Below, piece by piece: positions 45,048 through 55,670 of a stretch of 64,000 nucleotides of DNA. The position numbers and the translations under genes were made by a program. A model generated the notes under the pieces. It ran no database searches, was not told the origin of the DNA, and saw nothing but the letters and a program-made list of their open reading frames with translations. The DNA comes from Elusimicrobiales bacterium (GTDB lineage: Bacteria > Elusimicrobiota > Elusimicrobia > Elusimicrobiales > UBA9959), in contig JAVHLJ010000003.1 of the NCBI GenBank assembly GCA_031082205.1, positions 890 to 64,889 of the forward strand, written 5' to 3'. Numbering within the stretch: position 1 is the first letter of the stretch; the number at the start of each line of letters is the position of its first letter.

Positions 45048-46253
45048 ATGATCGAAGTTTCCAAGAAATGCATAGGCTGCGGCAAGTGCGTGCCGGTCTG
45101 CCCCTTCGCCGCCATACAGATGGTGGACAGGCTGGCCGTGATGAACGAGGCCTGCACTCTCTGCGGCGCCTGCGTCCAGGTCTGCCCGGTCAAGGCCATA
45201 ACCATCAACCGCGAGGAAGCCTCGGCCCGCCGCGACCTTTCCTCCTACAAGGGCGTCTGGGTCTATGTCGAGCTGATGGACGTCCCCGGCAAGGGCCACG
45301 GCAAAAAGATAAGGCCCGTGACGCTGGAACTGCTCTCGGCCGGAAGGAAGCTCGCCGACGAACTGGGCCAGGAGCTCTGCGCCGTCCTCATAGCCGAGAA
45401 GAACCAGGGCTGGGAGAAGGAGCTGGGAGAGTACGGCGCCGACAAGGTCTACCTCGCCGAGCACCCGGAATTCTTCGAGTACAATACCGACGTTTTCTCC
45501 ACCGCCGTCATCGGCATAATAAACAGGCACAAGCCTTCGGTCATGCTCTACCCGGCCTCGATACAGGGCCGGGACCTGGCCCCGCGGGTGGCCGCCTCGA
45601 TCTACGTCGGGCTGACGGCCGACTGCACGGCCCTGGCCATACGCGACGGCCTGCTGGTGCAGAGCCGGCCGGCCTTCGGCGGCAATATCATGGCCGACAT
45701 CCTCAGCCCCAACTCCAGGCCGCAGATGGCCACCGTGCGCCCGAACGTCATGAAAATAGACGAGCCGCGGCCCGGCCGCACGGCCATCGTGGTGCGCGAG
45801 GAGATAAAGATAGACAAGAATCTCCGCCGCGTGAAGGTGCTTGAGCGCAAGCTGGCGCACGACAAGGCCGGCGCGAAGATAGAGGAGGCCCGCGTGGTGA
45901 TCTCCGGCGGGCGCGGCCTCAAGACGAAAGAGAAGTTCAAAATGCTCGAGGACCTCTCGGCGCTGCTCGGCGGCGTCGTCGGCGCCTCGCGCGCCGCCGT
46001 GGACATGGGCTTCAAGGAGAAGACCCACCAGGTCGGACAGAGCGGCACCACGGTCTCGCCCAAGCTCTACCTGGCCTGCGGCATCTCCGGCGCGGTGCAG
46101 CACATAGTCGGTATGAAAGCTTCGGACATAATCGTCGCGGTCAACAAGGATCCCAACGCCCCTATATTCAACGTGGCCAGACACGGCGTGGTGGGCGACG
46201 TGCACGAGATAGTGCCCAAGCTGATAGAAACGCTGAAGAAAAAAGGGAAATAG
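45048..46253 (+). CDS. etfA: electron transfer flavoprotein alpha subunit with N-terminal 2x[4Fe-4S] ferredoxin domain
   Basis: CIGCGKCVPVCP and CTLCGACVQVCP, followed by the EtfA core and the FAD motif GISGAVQHIVGM. Confidence 0.9.
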   Translation: MIEVSKKCIGCGKCVPVCPFAAIQMVDRLAVMNEACTLCGACVQVCPVKAITINREEASARRDLSSYKGVWVYVELMDVPGKGHGKKIRPVTLELLSAGRKLADELGQELCAVLIAEKNQGWEKELGEYGADKVYLAEHPEFFEYNTDVFSTAVIGIINRHKPSVMLYPASIQGRDLAPRVAASIYVGLTADCTALAIRDGLLVQSRPAFGGNIMADILSPNSRPQMATVRPNVMKIDEPRPGRTAIVVREEIKIDKNLRRVKVLERKLAHDKAGAKIEEARVVISGGRGLKTKEKFKMLEDLSALLGGVVGASRAAVDMGFKEKTHQVGQSGTTVSPKLYLACGISGAVQHIVGMKASDIIVAVNKDPNAPIFNVARHGVVGDVHEIVPKLIETLKKKGK

Positions 46254-46259
46254 CCCGCC

Positions 46260-46287
46260 GGGGAGGCGGGGACCTCCCTGTTTTTTT
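46260..46287 (+). terminator. rho-independent terminator after etfA
   Basis: GGGAGG-CGGGGA-CCTCCC stem-loop followed by TGTTTTTTT. Confidence 0.75.
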
Positions 46288-46310
46288 AGCGGCGGCGCGG
46301 GCCCCGACCG

Positions 46311-48341
46311 GTGGGCCGACGGCTTTTTGTGACCTTATTCAACCGCCTCCTGCTCATAATATTCGGCATAGGCCTCATCCCGATAATCCCTACCGGCGGC
46401 TTCCTCTTTTATTATCAGACGGTAGCCAAAGAGAACGTCCTGACGCTGCACCAGAGCCTCTCCGGCATGGCCGGAGTGGCCGCCTCCGCGCACCTTGAGG
46501 CTCTGGTCAAGGAGGTCTCCTGGCTCTCCGCCGCCGCCGGGAAGGACCACGGGAAGCTCGTGTCCTCGGCGCTGGGCAGGCAGGGAAGGTTCGCCCTGGC
46601 GGCCGTGCTGGACGCGGAAGGCCGCGAACTGCACAAGGACGGGACCTTCCAGGCCAAACGGCTCTTCGGCGGGCTGGATTTCTCGGGCAGCCATCTCTTC
46701 TCCTCCGCCGCGTCCTCGGGGAAGCCGGTTTTCGGCAATTTCGAACTGGTCTACGACCTGCCGGTCTGCCATCTCTTCTACCCGCTCGAAGGCGGACGCT
46801 GGTTCTTCGCCGCGGTGGACCTGCGCGAACTCTTCGCCCTGCTGGGGCGGCAGGGCATAGGCTCCGCCGGCGGCGTCTACCTGGCCGATTCCTCCGGCGG
46901 GCTTTTCGGCTCCCCGTCCGGCGTGCCGCCGGTCGATCCCGACGCGCTCAAGGACCTTTTCTCCGGCGAGGCCCGCTATTCCGCCGACATCGCCGCGAGG
47001 GGCGGCTCCTATATCGGCGCTTTCAGCCCCGTCCCGGGCTTCGATCTCATGGTGGTCACCCTGCAGGCCAGGCACGACGCTTTCCGCGGGATAAACCTGA
47101 TAACCTCCCTCATACTTTTCTTCCTCCTGGCCATCGCGACTGTCTTCTACTTCTCGGCGCTCCTGCTAAGCCGCCGCATGATCGGACCGGTCGGCGAACT
47201 GATGGCCGGCGCGGCCAGGGTCACGGGGCAGAACTTCAAGGAGCCCGTCAGGGAAGACACGGGCATAAAGGAGTTCGGCGAACTTCTCAAGGCTTTCAAC
47301 GCCATGATGCGGGAAGTGGACCGCTACCAGGAGATGCAGGTGGAGAAGGTCCTGGAGGAGAAGCAGAAGACCGACCTGCTCATCAGCCTGCTCCACGACG
47401 CCATGGTGCTATGCGACCTGCGCGGGGAACTTGTCTACGCCAACGCCCGCGCCCGCTCCCTGCTGGGGCTGGGGCCCGCCGGCGGCGAGGACGAGGCCAA
47501 CCGCCTGAAGATAAGCGAGATAGTCAAGCTGCGGGCGACGAAAGGAGAGGTCATCAGCCTGGCCAACCCCGCCGGCGAAACGCTCTGGTTCAGGGTAAAC
47601 ATCCAGGTGCTCTCCCCAAGGAAGCAGAAGCCCGCCATGTTCATACTGCTGCGCGACGTCACGGCCGAGCGGCAGCTGCAGGCCATGAAGGACGACTTCT
47701 TTCACTCCGTGGCGCACGACCTGCGCGCGCCGCTGCTGTCAATGCAGGGTCACATACGCCTGCTCGAGAAGTCCCTGTCCGGGGACGCCGAGAAGGCTGG
47801 CCGCCTGACGGAGATAAAGGCCTCCAGCGCCCGCATCTTCGAACTGCTGGAGAACATCCTGGACATCTCCAGGATGGAGAGCGGCAGCGCGAAGCTCAAC
47901 AGCGAGACTTTCTCCGCCTCCGCCCTGGCGGACGCGGCCGCGTCCAGGTTCCGCCACCTTTTCGAAGAGAAAAAGGTCTCCTTCGGATTGTCGGTGCCGG
48001 AAGGCCTGGAGATGAGCGGCGACCGGAAGATGCTGGAGCGCCTGCTCGAGAACCTCCTGTCCAACGCCCTTAAGTTCACCCCCGAGGGGGGAAAGGTCTC
48101 GCTCTCCGTTTCGGCCCAGGAAGGAGGCGTCGAGCTGGTGGTCTCGGATACCGGTCCGGGCATACCCGAGGCCGAACTGGAAACCGTTTTCGGAAAGTAC
48201 ACAAGGGTGAAAGGCACGGACAAGCCCGGCTTCGGCCTGGGTTTGGCCATAGCCAGGCGGATAGCGGACATGCACGGCGGCTCCATAAGGGCCGAAGCGG
48301 GCAAAGGCGGGGTCTTCAGGGTTTTCTTGCCCCGTCAATGA
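46311..48341 (+). CDS. sensor histidine kinase (periplasmic sensor, HAMP, PAS-like, HisKA, HATPase)
   Basis: GTG start. Two TM segments flank a domain of about 230 aa. H-box FFHSVAHDLRAPL. G-boxes SDTGPGIP and GFGLGLAIARR. Confidence 0.88.
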   Translation: MGRRLFVTLFNRLLLIIFGIGLIPIIPTGGFLFYYQTVAKENVLTLHQSLSGMAGVAASAHLEALVKEVSWLSAAAGKDHGKLVSSALGRQGRFALAAVLDAEGRELHKDGTFQAKRLFGGLDFSGSHLFSSAASSGKPVFGNFELVYDLPVCHLFYPLEGGRWFFAAVDLRELFALLGRQGIGSAGGVYLADSSGGLFGSPSGVPPVDPDALKDLFSGEARYSADIAARGGSYIGAFSPVPGFDLMVVTLQARHDAFRGINLITSLILFFLLAIATVFYFSALLLSRRMIGPVGELMAGAARVTGQNFKEPVREDTGIKEFGELLKAFNAMMREVDRYQEMQVEKVLEEKQKTDLLISLLHDAMVLCDLRGELVYANARARSLLGLGPAGGEDEANRLKISEIVKLRATKGEVISLANPAGETLWFRVNIQVLSPRKQKPAMFILLRDVTAERQLQAMKDDFFHSVAHDLRAPLLSMQGHIRLLEKSLSGDAEKAGRLTEIKASSARIFELLENILDISRMESGSAKLNSETFSASALADAAASRFRHLFEEKKVSFGLSVPEGLEMSGDRKMLERLLENLLSNALKFTPEGGKVSLSVSAQEGGVELVVSDTGPGIPEAELETVFGKYTRVKGTDKPGFGLGLAIARRIADMHGGSIRAEAGKGGVFRVFLPRQ

Positions 48342-48410
48342 TATATATATAGAATTGAGAAGAAGCCTGCGAGAAGGCGTGCGGGCGTAACGGGGGCTGC
48401 GACTGAACTT

Positions 48411-50618
48411 ATGAAAGAAAAGTCAAAAAACACGGGTTCCAACAAAAGGATTTACATCGCTACCGCGGTCTTTTCCGTCATCTGGTTCGCTTTCGCGGGT
48501 CCGGGCGAGATAACAAGGCGGCTGGACTACAACTGGCACCACCTGATGCTGAACCTGCCGCTGGCGCTCAACAACACCGCCGCGCTCCTCGGCAGCGGCA
48601 GCAAGGAAGGGCACCGTTTCCTCTTCGGCAAGTACATCACAAAAGAGGCCAACCCCAAGATCACCATCGCCGCCATCGACGAGCTCACCTTGGGCGAATA
48701 CGGCTGGCCGGTGCCCAGGAACTACTACGGCGATCTGGTGGACAGCCTCAAGCGGCTAGGCGCCAAAGGCATAGTATTCGACGTCATAGTCAGCGCCAGC
48801 AAGCGGGACAAGCCGGGCGACAATAAGCGGTTCGTGGACGCCACCGCGCGTGCCGGCAATGTCGTCAACCTGGTAGCGCGTGACGGCGGCAGCGGGAAGC
48901 TCATATACCCGATCAAGGGCCTCGCCGAGGTCAGCGCAATAATCGCCCAGCCCCACGTGGAAGAGTCAGTGGACAGCGACGGTCAGATACGGCGCTACAT
49001 GCCCTTCTGGAAAGATCCGGAAGTGCCGATAGACCCCGATACCGGGCGAGTGGATTACATAACCTACACCGAGGCCAAACTTAAGGATACCAGGATAGGA
49101 CGGGCCCATCCGGACCTGGCCATCCCCTCGATAGGCGTCGCCGGCCTCTCGCTGTACACCGGCAAGCCGCTATCGGTGCTCTTCATGCAGCTGGACGAGA
49201 GATATTACCCCGAGAAGACGCTTAACTACAGGGATTTCATAGAGCGCAAGAAGAACCCCGGCTGGTGTAAGGACGAGAAGTCGGTGACCCCTTCCAGCTA
49301 CAAACACATCTCTTTCGCCGACATCCTCAGCGGCCGGCTCAGTGCCGAGGAAAAAGAGGCGATAAAGGACGGGGTGGTCCTGGTCGGCGCCACCGCCGTG
49401 GGAGCCTTCGACCATTCTCCCAGCCCTTTCCACCATCAGTTGCCCGGGGTTGAGGTGCACGCCACTTTCCTGGACAACGCCATAGCGGGCGACTTCCTGA
49501 CCCCATCCTACGGGTTCATGTTCCTGATGCTGCTGCTGCCATGGCTGCCGGTGTTCCTGCGCCGGTATTCGCTGGCGCTTCTGGTGTCTGTCTGTTCCGC
49601 GGTGCTGCTTGCGCTGGCGGCGGGCTATCTTTTTCTGCTGGCTTCCGGTACTATCGTATCGTTCGTTTCCGTGGCTCTTTCGCTGTTCCTGCCCTTCGCC
49701 TACATAACGGTGGACAAGGGTCTTGCCGAGGGCAGGGAAAAGAAGTGGATCAAGAACACCTTCGGCCAGTACCTGTCGCCCAAGGTGGTGGACGTCATCA
49801 CCAAGGACCCGTCCAAGCTCTCGCTGGGCGGCGAGAAGCGGGACATGACGGCTTTCTTCCTGGACATCGCGGGTTTCACGACCATGTCGGAAAAGATGCC
49901 CCCGGAACAGCTCACGCAGATGCTCAACGAGTACCTCTCGGCGCTGACCGAAGTGGTCCTGAAGAACGACGGCGTGGTGGACAAGTACATCGGCGACTGC
50001 ATCATGGCGTTCTGGAACGCGCCGCTGGACCAGAAAGACCACCGGAAACTGGCCGTGCTGGCCGCGGTGGACTGCCAGTCCGAGATGGCGCGCATCAACA
50101 GGGAACTGACGCAGTTCGAGATCAAGCCTTCGTGCCGGATAGGCCTCAACTCCGGTCCCATGGTCGTGGGCAACATGGGGTCCCGCACCCGGCTCTCGTA
50201 CACCGTGATGGGCGACTCCGTCAACCTGGCCTCCAGGCTCGAGGGCGCCAATAAGTTCTTCCATTCCAAGATCATGGCCAGCGAGTACACGTTCGAGGAC
50301 ATCAAGGACCAGTTCGACCACCGCTACCTCGCCAGCATACGCGTGGTAGGCAAGGCGATACCCGTGAAGGTGTACGAACCCTTCGCGCGGAAGGGCGAGG
50401 CCCCGGCCGAAGTGAAGGAGATGCTCAGGCATTACGAGGCCGGCATCGAGAAGTTCTACAAGGGCGATTACAAGGCCTCGATAAAGGACTTCAAGGACGC
50501 CCTGGCCGCCCTGCCCGGGGACGGGCCTTCGCAGTACTACATCGAGACCGCCGAAGCCTACGCCAAGGAGCCCCCGAAGGACTGGGACAAATCCTTCAAC
50601 CTGACCTCCAAGGGATGA
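48411..50618 (+). CDS. CHASE2-sensor class III adenylate/guanylate cyclase
   Basis: CHASE2-like N-terminal domain, three or four TM helices, and a cyclase core FFLDIAGFTTMSE...GDCIMAFWNAP...RIGLNSGPMVVGNMGS...YTVMGDSVNLASRLE. Confidence 0.88.
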   Translation: MKEKSKNTGSNKRIYIATAVFSVIWFAFAGPGEITRRLDYNWHHLMLNLPLALNNTAALLGSGSKEGHRFLFGKYITKEANPKITIAAIDELTLGEYGWPVPRNYYGDLVDSLKRLGAKGIVFDVIVSASKRDKPGDNKRFVDATARAGNVVNLVARDGGSGKLIYPIKGLAEVSAIIAQPHVEESVDSDGQIRRYMPFWKDPEVPIDPDTGRVDYITYTEAKLKDTRIGRAHPDLAIPSIGVAGLSLYTGKPLSVLFMQLDERYYPEKTLNYRDFIERKKNPGWCKDEKSVTPSSYKHISFADILSGRLSAEEKEAIKDGVVLVGATAVGAFDHSPSPFHHQLPGVEVHATFLDNAIAGDFLTPSYGFMFLMLLLPWLPVFLRRYSLALLVSVCSAVLLALAAGYLFLLASGTIVSFVSVALSLFLPFAYITVDKGLAEGREKKWIKNTFGQYLSPKVVDVITKDPSKLSLGGEKRDMTAFFLDIAGFTTMSEKMPPEQLTQMLNEYLSALTEVVLKNDGVVDKYIGDCIMAFWNAPLDQKDHRKLAVLAAVDCQSEMARINRELTQFEIKPSCRIGLNSGPMVVGNMGSRTRLSYTVMGDSVNLASRLEGANKFFHSKIMASEYTFEDIKDQFDHRYLASIRVVGKAIPVKVYEPFARKGEAPAEVKEMLRHYEAGIEKFYKGDYKASIKDFKDALAALPGDGPSQYYIETAEAYAKEPPKDWDKSFNLTSKG

Positions 50619-50625
50619 CGCGCGA

Positions 50626-51339
50626 ATGACGATATTCTGGCGGCTGCTCCTCTCCCACCTGCTGGCGGACTTCACGCTTCAGTTCAACATAGTCAACCGG
50701 CTGAAGCGTGAGGGCATGCTGGGCATGGCCATACACTGCCTTACGCATTTCGTAGTGGCCGTGGCCCTTGTCTGGCCCTGGCTGGGGGACGTGTGGTTCG
50801 TTATCGGGGGCCTGCCTTTCAACGGATGGACATGCATGGTCCTGCTGCTGGTCACCCATTACATGGTGGACCAGCTGCGGGTCTACGCCATGAAGACGCT
50901 CGGCCTGAGGGACGGCCTGCCGAGCTTCCTGCTGGACCAGTTCCTCCACGTCTACATCCTGTTCCTCCTTTCTCCGGTCTTCACCCTCGACAGGGCCTTC
51001 TTCCACCCCGAGAAATGGGTGGGGATACTCTCGATGCTGGTCATAGTCACCCACGCCACCACCGTCCTGGTCTATTTCATCGAGAAGGAACTCCATGAGA
51101 AAGAGTTCCCGACCTTCGACGAGAAATATTTCCTGATCTTCGAAAGGGTCGTCCTGTGGGCGTTTTTCCTGGTCAAGGGCTGGTACTGGGCGCCATTCGC
51201 CGCGGCCTGGGTGGCGCAGATGATATACGTGCGCCATAAGCGCATCCTCGACCTCTCGAAGACGAACATAACCGTCAGCGTGCTGGTCGCCGTTATCTGC
51301 GGCCTCTGGGCGCGCTACATATATTACGGCGCTTTCTGA
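50626..51339 (+). CDS. DUF3307-like polytopic membrane protein
   Basis: Start FWRLLLSHLLADFTLQ and a later HxxxD-type pattern (THYMVDQLR), as in DUF3307. Seven or eight hydrophobic segments. Confidence 0.65.
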   Translation: MTIFWRLLLSHLLADFTLQFNIVNRLKREGMLGMAIHCLTHFVVAVALVWPWLGDVWFVIGGLPFNGWTCMVLLLVTHYMVDQLRVYAMKTLGLRDGLPSFLLDQFLHVYILFLLSPVFTLDRAFFHPEKWVGILSMLVIVTHATTVLVYFIEKELHEKEFPTFDEKYFLIFERVVLWAFFLVKGWYWAPFAAAWVAQMIYVRHKRILDLSKTNITVSVLVAVICGLWARYIYYGAF

Positions 51340-51379
51340 ACGGACCCCTGCCGGCACGCCGCCGGCCCATGATACCGAC

Positions 51380-51982
51380 ATGCTTCACGCTGAACCCGAA
51401 TCGCTCGACAAGCCGCTGGAGGAGGCAGTGTTCTCCTTTCTCGACGTCGAGACTACCGGGCTTTCGCCCCGCTCCGCCCGCGTCTGCGAGGTGGCGGCCG
51501 TCAGTTTCCGCGGGACCGAACGGCTGGGCACGCTGGCCGAGCTGGTAAACCCCGGCGGGCCCATCCCGGCCGCCTGCTCGGCCATACACGGCATCACCGA
51601 CGAGATGGTCAGGGACAGCCCGTCCTTCGGCGGGGTGGCTCCGCGCCTGCTGGCGCTGCTGGAGAATACCGTCATAGTAGGGCATAACGCCGATTTCGAC
51701 ATAAGGTTCCTGCGGGCCGAGTTCGAGCGCGTCGGGCTTAAGTTCCCGGTACTGCCGGTGGTGGACACGCTGGCTATAGCCCGCAAGAACTGGAAGTTCC
51801 AGAGCAACAGGCTCGGGAACATCGCCGCGGAGCTCAACATCTCAAGCGAAGGCTGGCACCGAGCGCTGACCGACGTGGAGACCACCCGCAAGGTATTCGA
51901 TCACTTTGTGAGCGCAATGAAGTCCGCCGGCACGGTCACCGTCGGCGAACTGTGGAAAAGATCCGGAGGAAAAACATCATGA
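51380..51982 (+). CDS. DEDDh 3'-5' exonuclease (DnaQ/epsilon-like)
   Basis: ExoI FLDVETTGL, ExoII VGHNADFDIRFL and ExoIII HRALTDVETT. Confidence 0.88.
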   Translation: MLHAEPESLDKPLEEAVFSFLDVETTGLSPRSARVCEVAAVSFRGTERLGTLAELVNPGGPIPAACSAIHGITDEMVRDSPSFGGVAPRLLALLENTVIVGHNADFDIRFLRAEFERVGLKFPVLPVVDTLAIARKNWKFQSNRLGNIAAELNISSEGWHRALTDVETTRKVFDHFVSAMKSAGTVTVGELWKRSGGKTS

Positions 51983-53493
51983 CCCCTTTTGAACTCGGCC
52001 GCGTCCCGACGATATGCGATCTCGCCGACGTGGCTTTCCGCCGCCGCCGCGCGGCCGTGACTCCGCGCGCCCTTAAGCTCATAGCCGCGCGCCGCGCCGG
52101 GCTGGAGAAGCTGCTCGCCGAGGACCGGGTCATGTACGGCATAAACACGGGTTTCGGCGAACTGGCCAGCCAGCGCGTATCGCGGGAGAAGCTCCGGGCG
52201 CTGCAGGTCAACCTGATACGCAGCCACGCCTGCGGCGTGGGCGCCCCGCTCGACGACGCGGAATGCCTGGCGCTCATGTTCGCGCGCGCCAATGAGCTGG
52301 CCATGGGCAATTCCGGCGTCAGGCCCGTCGTGGTTAAGACGCTCTCCGCCATGATAAACAAGGGCGTCATCCCTTTCATCCCGTCCAAGGGCTCGGTCGG
52401 GGCCAGCGGCGACCTGGCGCCTTCCGCCCACATGGCGCTGACGCTCATCGGCGAGGGTATGGCTAAACCCGCCGGTTCGGACAAATGGTCTCCTTCGTCC
52501 GCCGTGATGAAGAAGGCCGGCATAAAACCGGTGGAACTGGCCGAAAAAGAGGGGCTGGCCCTCATAAACGGCACCCAGGCCATGAAGGCCGTCGGCGGCC
52601 TGGCCCTTTTCGAAGCCGTCAACCTTTTCGACGCGGCCGTGCTGGCCGGCGCCATGAGCGTGGAGGCGCTCAAAGGCACTCCCGTCGCTTTCGATCCCCG
52701 CATACACGCCCTCAAGCCGCATCACGGCCAGCGCGAAGTGGCCGCGGCGCTGGAAGGACTGCTCAAAGGCAGCCCCATCCGCGCCTCTCACTCCAGGAAC
52801 GACAGGCGCGTCCAGGACCCCTATTCGCTGCGCTGCATGCCGCAGGCCATGGGCGCCGCCCGCGACGCGCTGGGCTACGCGCTGGAGGTCTTCGAGACCG
52901 AACTGGGCAGCGTGACCGACAATCCCCTGCTGGTGGAGGGGAAGAAGAAAGGCTCCATAGAGGTGCTCTCCGGCGGCAACTTCCACGGCCAGGCCGTAAG
53001 CTTCGCCGCCGACTTCGCCGCCATAGCCGTCACCTCGCTGGGCAATATCTCCGAGCGGCGCATAGCCCAGCTGGTGAGCGACTTCAAGATACTGCCGCCG
53101 TTCCTCGCCCGCGACCCGGGCGTCGAGTCCGGCTTCATGATCGCGCACGTGACGGCCGCGGCCCTCTGCAACGAGAACAAGGTGCTCAGCCACCCGGCCA
53201 GCGCCGACTCCATCTCGACCTCCGCCAACAAGGAGGACTTCGTCAGCATGGGCATGACGGCGGCCCTGAAACTCAAGGAAGTCGTGCGCAACACCGCGCG
53301 CATAACGGCCATCGAGCTGATGGCCGCCGCCGAGGGCGTAGAGTTCCACCGGCCGCTGCGGTCCAGCCGCCCGCTGGAGAAAGCCCTCGCCAGGCTGCGC
53401 GAAGTCTCTCCCGCCTTCAAGGGCGACGAGGTTTTCTCCGGCCGCATAGAGGCCGTGGCCGCGGCCGTGCTGGCCGGCCATTTCACCGAGTAA
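51979..53493 (+). CDS. hutH: histidine ammonia-lyase
   Basis: The ATG at 51979 follows GGAGGA and forms an ATGA overlap with the exonuclease stop; it is in frame with ORF 51952..53493. MIO-forming motif [12 protein letters not shown]. Confidence 0.92.
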   Translation: MTPFELGRVPTICDLADVAFRRRRAAVTPRALKLIAARRAGLEKLLAEDRVMYGINTGFGELASQRVSREKLRALQVNLIRSHACGVGAPLDDAECLALMFARANELAMGNSGVRPVVVKTLSAMINKGVIPFIPSKGSVGASGDLAPSAHMALTLIGEGMAKPAGSDKWSPSSAVMKKAGIKPVELAEKEGLALINGTQAMKAVGGLALFEAVNLFDAAVLAGAMSVEALKGTPVAFDPRIHALKPHHGQREVAAALEGLLKGSPIRASHSRNDRRVQDPYSLRCMPQAMGAARDALGYALEVFETELGSVTDNPLLVEGKKKGSIEVLSGGNFHGQAVSFAADFAAIAVTSLGNISERRIAQLVSDFKILPPFLARDPGVESGFMIAHVTAAALCNENKVLSHPASADSISTSANKEDFVSMGMTAALKLKEVVRNTARITAIELMAAAEGVEFHRPLRSSRPLEKALARLREVSPAFKGDEVFSGRIEAVAAAVLAGHFTE

Positions 53494-53503
53494 AGGAGAC
53501 GGC

Positions 53504-55162
53504 ATGATCCCTCACAAGAACATACGCGCCGCGCGCGGCAATAGACTTTCATGCAGGGGCTGGCAGCAGGAGGCCGCCCTGCGCATGCTGATGAACAATC
53601 TGGACCCAGAGGTCGCCGAGCGGCCGGAGGAACTGGTCGTCTACGGCGGCCGGGGCCGCGCGGCGCGCAACTGGGCCTGCTACGACGCCATAGTGAATTC
53701 GCTCAGGAAGCTGGGCGGCGACGAGACGCTGCTGATACAGTCCGGCAAGCCCGTCGGAGTCCTCCGCACCCACGACTACGCGCCGCGCGTTATACTGGCC
53801 AACTCCAACCTGGTCGGCAACTGGGCGAACTGGGAGACCTTCGACGAGATGGAGCGCAAGGGGCTGATGATGTACGGCCAGATGACGGCCGGGTCCTGGA
53901 TCTATATCGGCACGCAGGGCATACTGCAGGGGACCTACGAGACTTTCGCGGCCCTGGCCCGCAAGCATTTCCGCGGCGGCGACCTGTCGGGCAAGCTGAC
54001 GGTCACCGGCGGGCTCGGCGGCATGGGCGGAGCCCAGCCCCTGGCCGTCTCCATGGCCGGCGGCGTCTCGATAACGGTCGAGGTGGACGAGACCCGCATA
54101 CAGAAGCGGCTCGACACCGCCTACGTGGATACCATGGCCCGCAGCCTCGACGAGGCGCTGCGCCTGGCCGAAGCCGCAGTGAAGGAGAAGCGGCCGCTCT
54201 CCATCGGCCTGCTGGGCAACTGCGCCGAGGTCCTTCCCGAAATGGCGCGCCGCGGCGTGAAGATAGACGTGCTGACCGACCAGACCTCCGCCCACGACCC
54301 CCTGCGCGGCTATATCCCCAGGGGCTATTCGCTGAAAGCCGCGGCGGAACTCCGGAAGAAGGACCCGAAAAAATACGTGAAGCTGTCGATGGAGTCGATG
54401 GCGATACACGTGCAGGCCATGCTCAAACTGCAAAAGGCCGGCGCCGTCACCTTCGACTACGGCAACAATATCCGCACGATGGCCTTCAAGCAGGGCGTGA
54501 AGAACGCCTACGACTTCCCCGGCTTCGTGCCGGCCTATATCCGCGACCTGTTCTGCGAGGGCAAGGGGCCGTTCCGCTGGGCCGCGCTCTCCGGCGATCC
54601 CCGGGACATAGCGGTGACCGACAAGGCGGTGCTGGAGCTCTTCCCGCACAACGCCCACCTGCGCCGCTGGATCGACATGGCGTCGAAGAAGGTCAAGTTC
54701 CAGGGCCTGCCCGCCCGCATCTGCTGGCTGGGCTACGGCGAGCGCCATATCGCCGGCCTGCGTTTCAACGAACTGGTGAAGAAAGGCAAGATCTCGGCCC
54801 CCGTCGTCATAGGACGCGACCACCTCGATTCCGGCTCGGTCGCCAGCCCTTTCCGCGAGACCGAGGCCATGAAGGACGGTTCCGACGCCATAGCCGACTG
54901 GCCCATACTCAACGCGCTGGTCAACACGGCCTCGGGGGCCAGCTGGGTGTCCTTCCATCACGGCGGCGGCGTGGGGATGGGTTATTCGCTGCACGCCGGC
55001 CAGGTCACGGTGGCCGACGGCAGCAGGGAGATGGCGGCCCGCCTGGAGCGCGTGCTGACCAACGACCCCGCCATGGGCGTGCTGCGCCACGCCGACGCGG
55101 GTTATAAGATCGCGAAGGACTGCGCCCGCCGCAAGGGCGTGAAAATCCCGATGCTCAAGTAG
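53504..55162 (+). CDS. hutU: urocanate hydratase
   Basis: 552 aa. Canonical sequence ([32 protein letters not shown]..., [11 protein letters not shown]). Confidence 0.95.
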   Translation: MIPHKNIRAARGNRLSCRGWQQEAALRMLMNNLDPEVAERPEELVVYGGRGRAARNWACYDAIVNSLRKLGGDETLLIQSGKPVGVLRTHDYAPRVILANSNLVGNWANWETFDEMERKGLMMYGQMTAGSWIYIGTQGILQGTYETFAALARKHFRGGDLSGKLTVTGGLGGMGGAQPLAVSMAGGVSITVEVDETRIQKRLDTAYVDTMARSLDEALRLAEAAVKEKRPLSIGLLGNCAEVLPEMARRGVKIDVLTDQTSAHDPLRGYIPRGYSLKAAAELRKKDPKKYVKLSMESMAIHVQAMLKLQKAGAVTFDYGNNIRTMAFKQGVKNAYDFPGFVPAYIRDLFCEGKGPFRWAALSGDPRDIAVTDKAVLELFPHNAHLRRWIDMASKKVKFQGLPARICWLGYGERHIAGLRFNELVKKGKISAPVVIGRDHLDSGSVASPFRETEAMKDGSDAIADWPILNALVNTASGASWVSFHHGGGVGMGYSLHAGQVTVADGSREMAARLERVLTNDPAMGVLRHADAGYKIAKDCARRKGVKIPMLK

Positions 55163-55172
55163 GAGGAACTCT

Positions 55173-55670
55173 ATGGCCAGCGACTTCAGCTTCGACGTGG
55201 TTTCCAAGGTGGAACCGACCCTGGTGGACGAGGTTATAAACAATTCCCTCAAGGAGATCGCCAACCGCTACGACTTCAAGGACAGCAACTCCGAGATCTC
55301 CTACGACAAGAAAGCCAATGTCCTCAACCTGGTCTCGTCGGACGATTTCAAGGTCAAGGCGCTCTACGACGTCCTGCTGACCAGGATGGCCAAGCGCGGC
55401 CTGCCGCTCAAGAACTTCCAGCCGGAAAAGCCGGAGAGCGCGCTGGGCGGCCGGGCCAAGATGGTAGTGAAGGTGCAGCAGGGCATACCCCAGGACAAGG
55501 CCAAGGAGATGGTGCGGTTCGTCAAGGACAATAAGTTCAAGGCGACCGTGGCCATACAGGGCGACATCCTGCGCGTCACCTCCCGCTCCAAGGACGAGCT
55601 GCAGACCATCATGGGCCTGCTGCGCGGCAAGGACTTCGGGATAACGCTGCAGTTCGACAATTTCCGCTGA
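55173..55670 (+). CDS. yajQ: YajQ-family nucleotide-binding protein (UPF0234)
   Basis: Collinear with E. coli YajQ (SFDVVSKV...RYDFK...IQGDILRVTSRSKDELQ...LQFDNFR). Confidence 0.88.
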   Translation: MASDFSFDVVSKVEPTLVDEVINNSLKEIANRYDFKDSNSEISYDKKANVLNLVSSDDFKVKALYDVLLTRMAKRGLPLKNFQPEKPESALGGRAKMVVKVQQGIPQDKAKEMVRFVKDNKFKATVAIQGDILRVTSRSKDELQTIMGLLRGKDFGITLQFDNFR

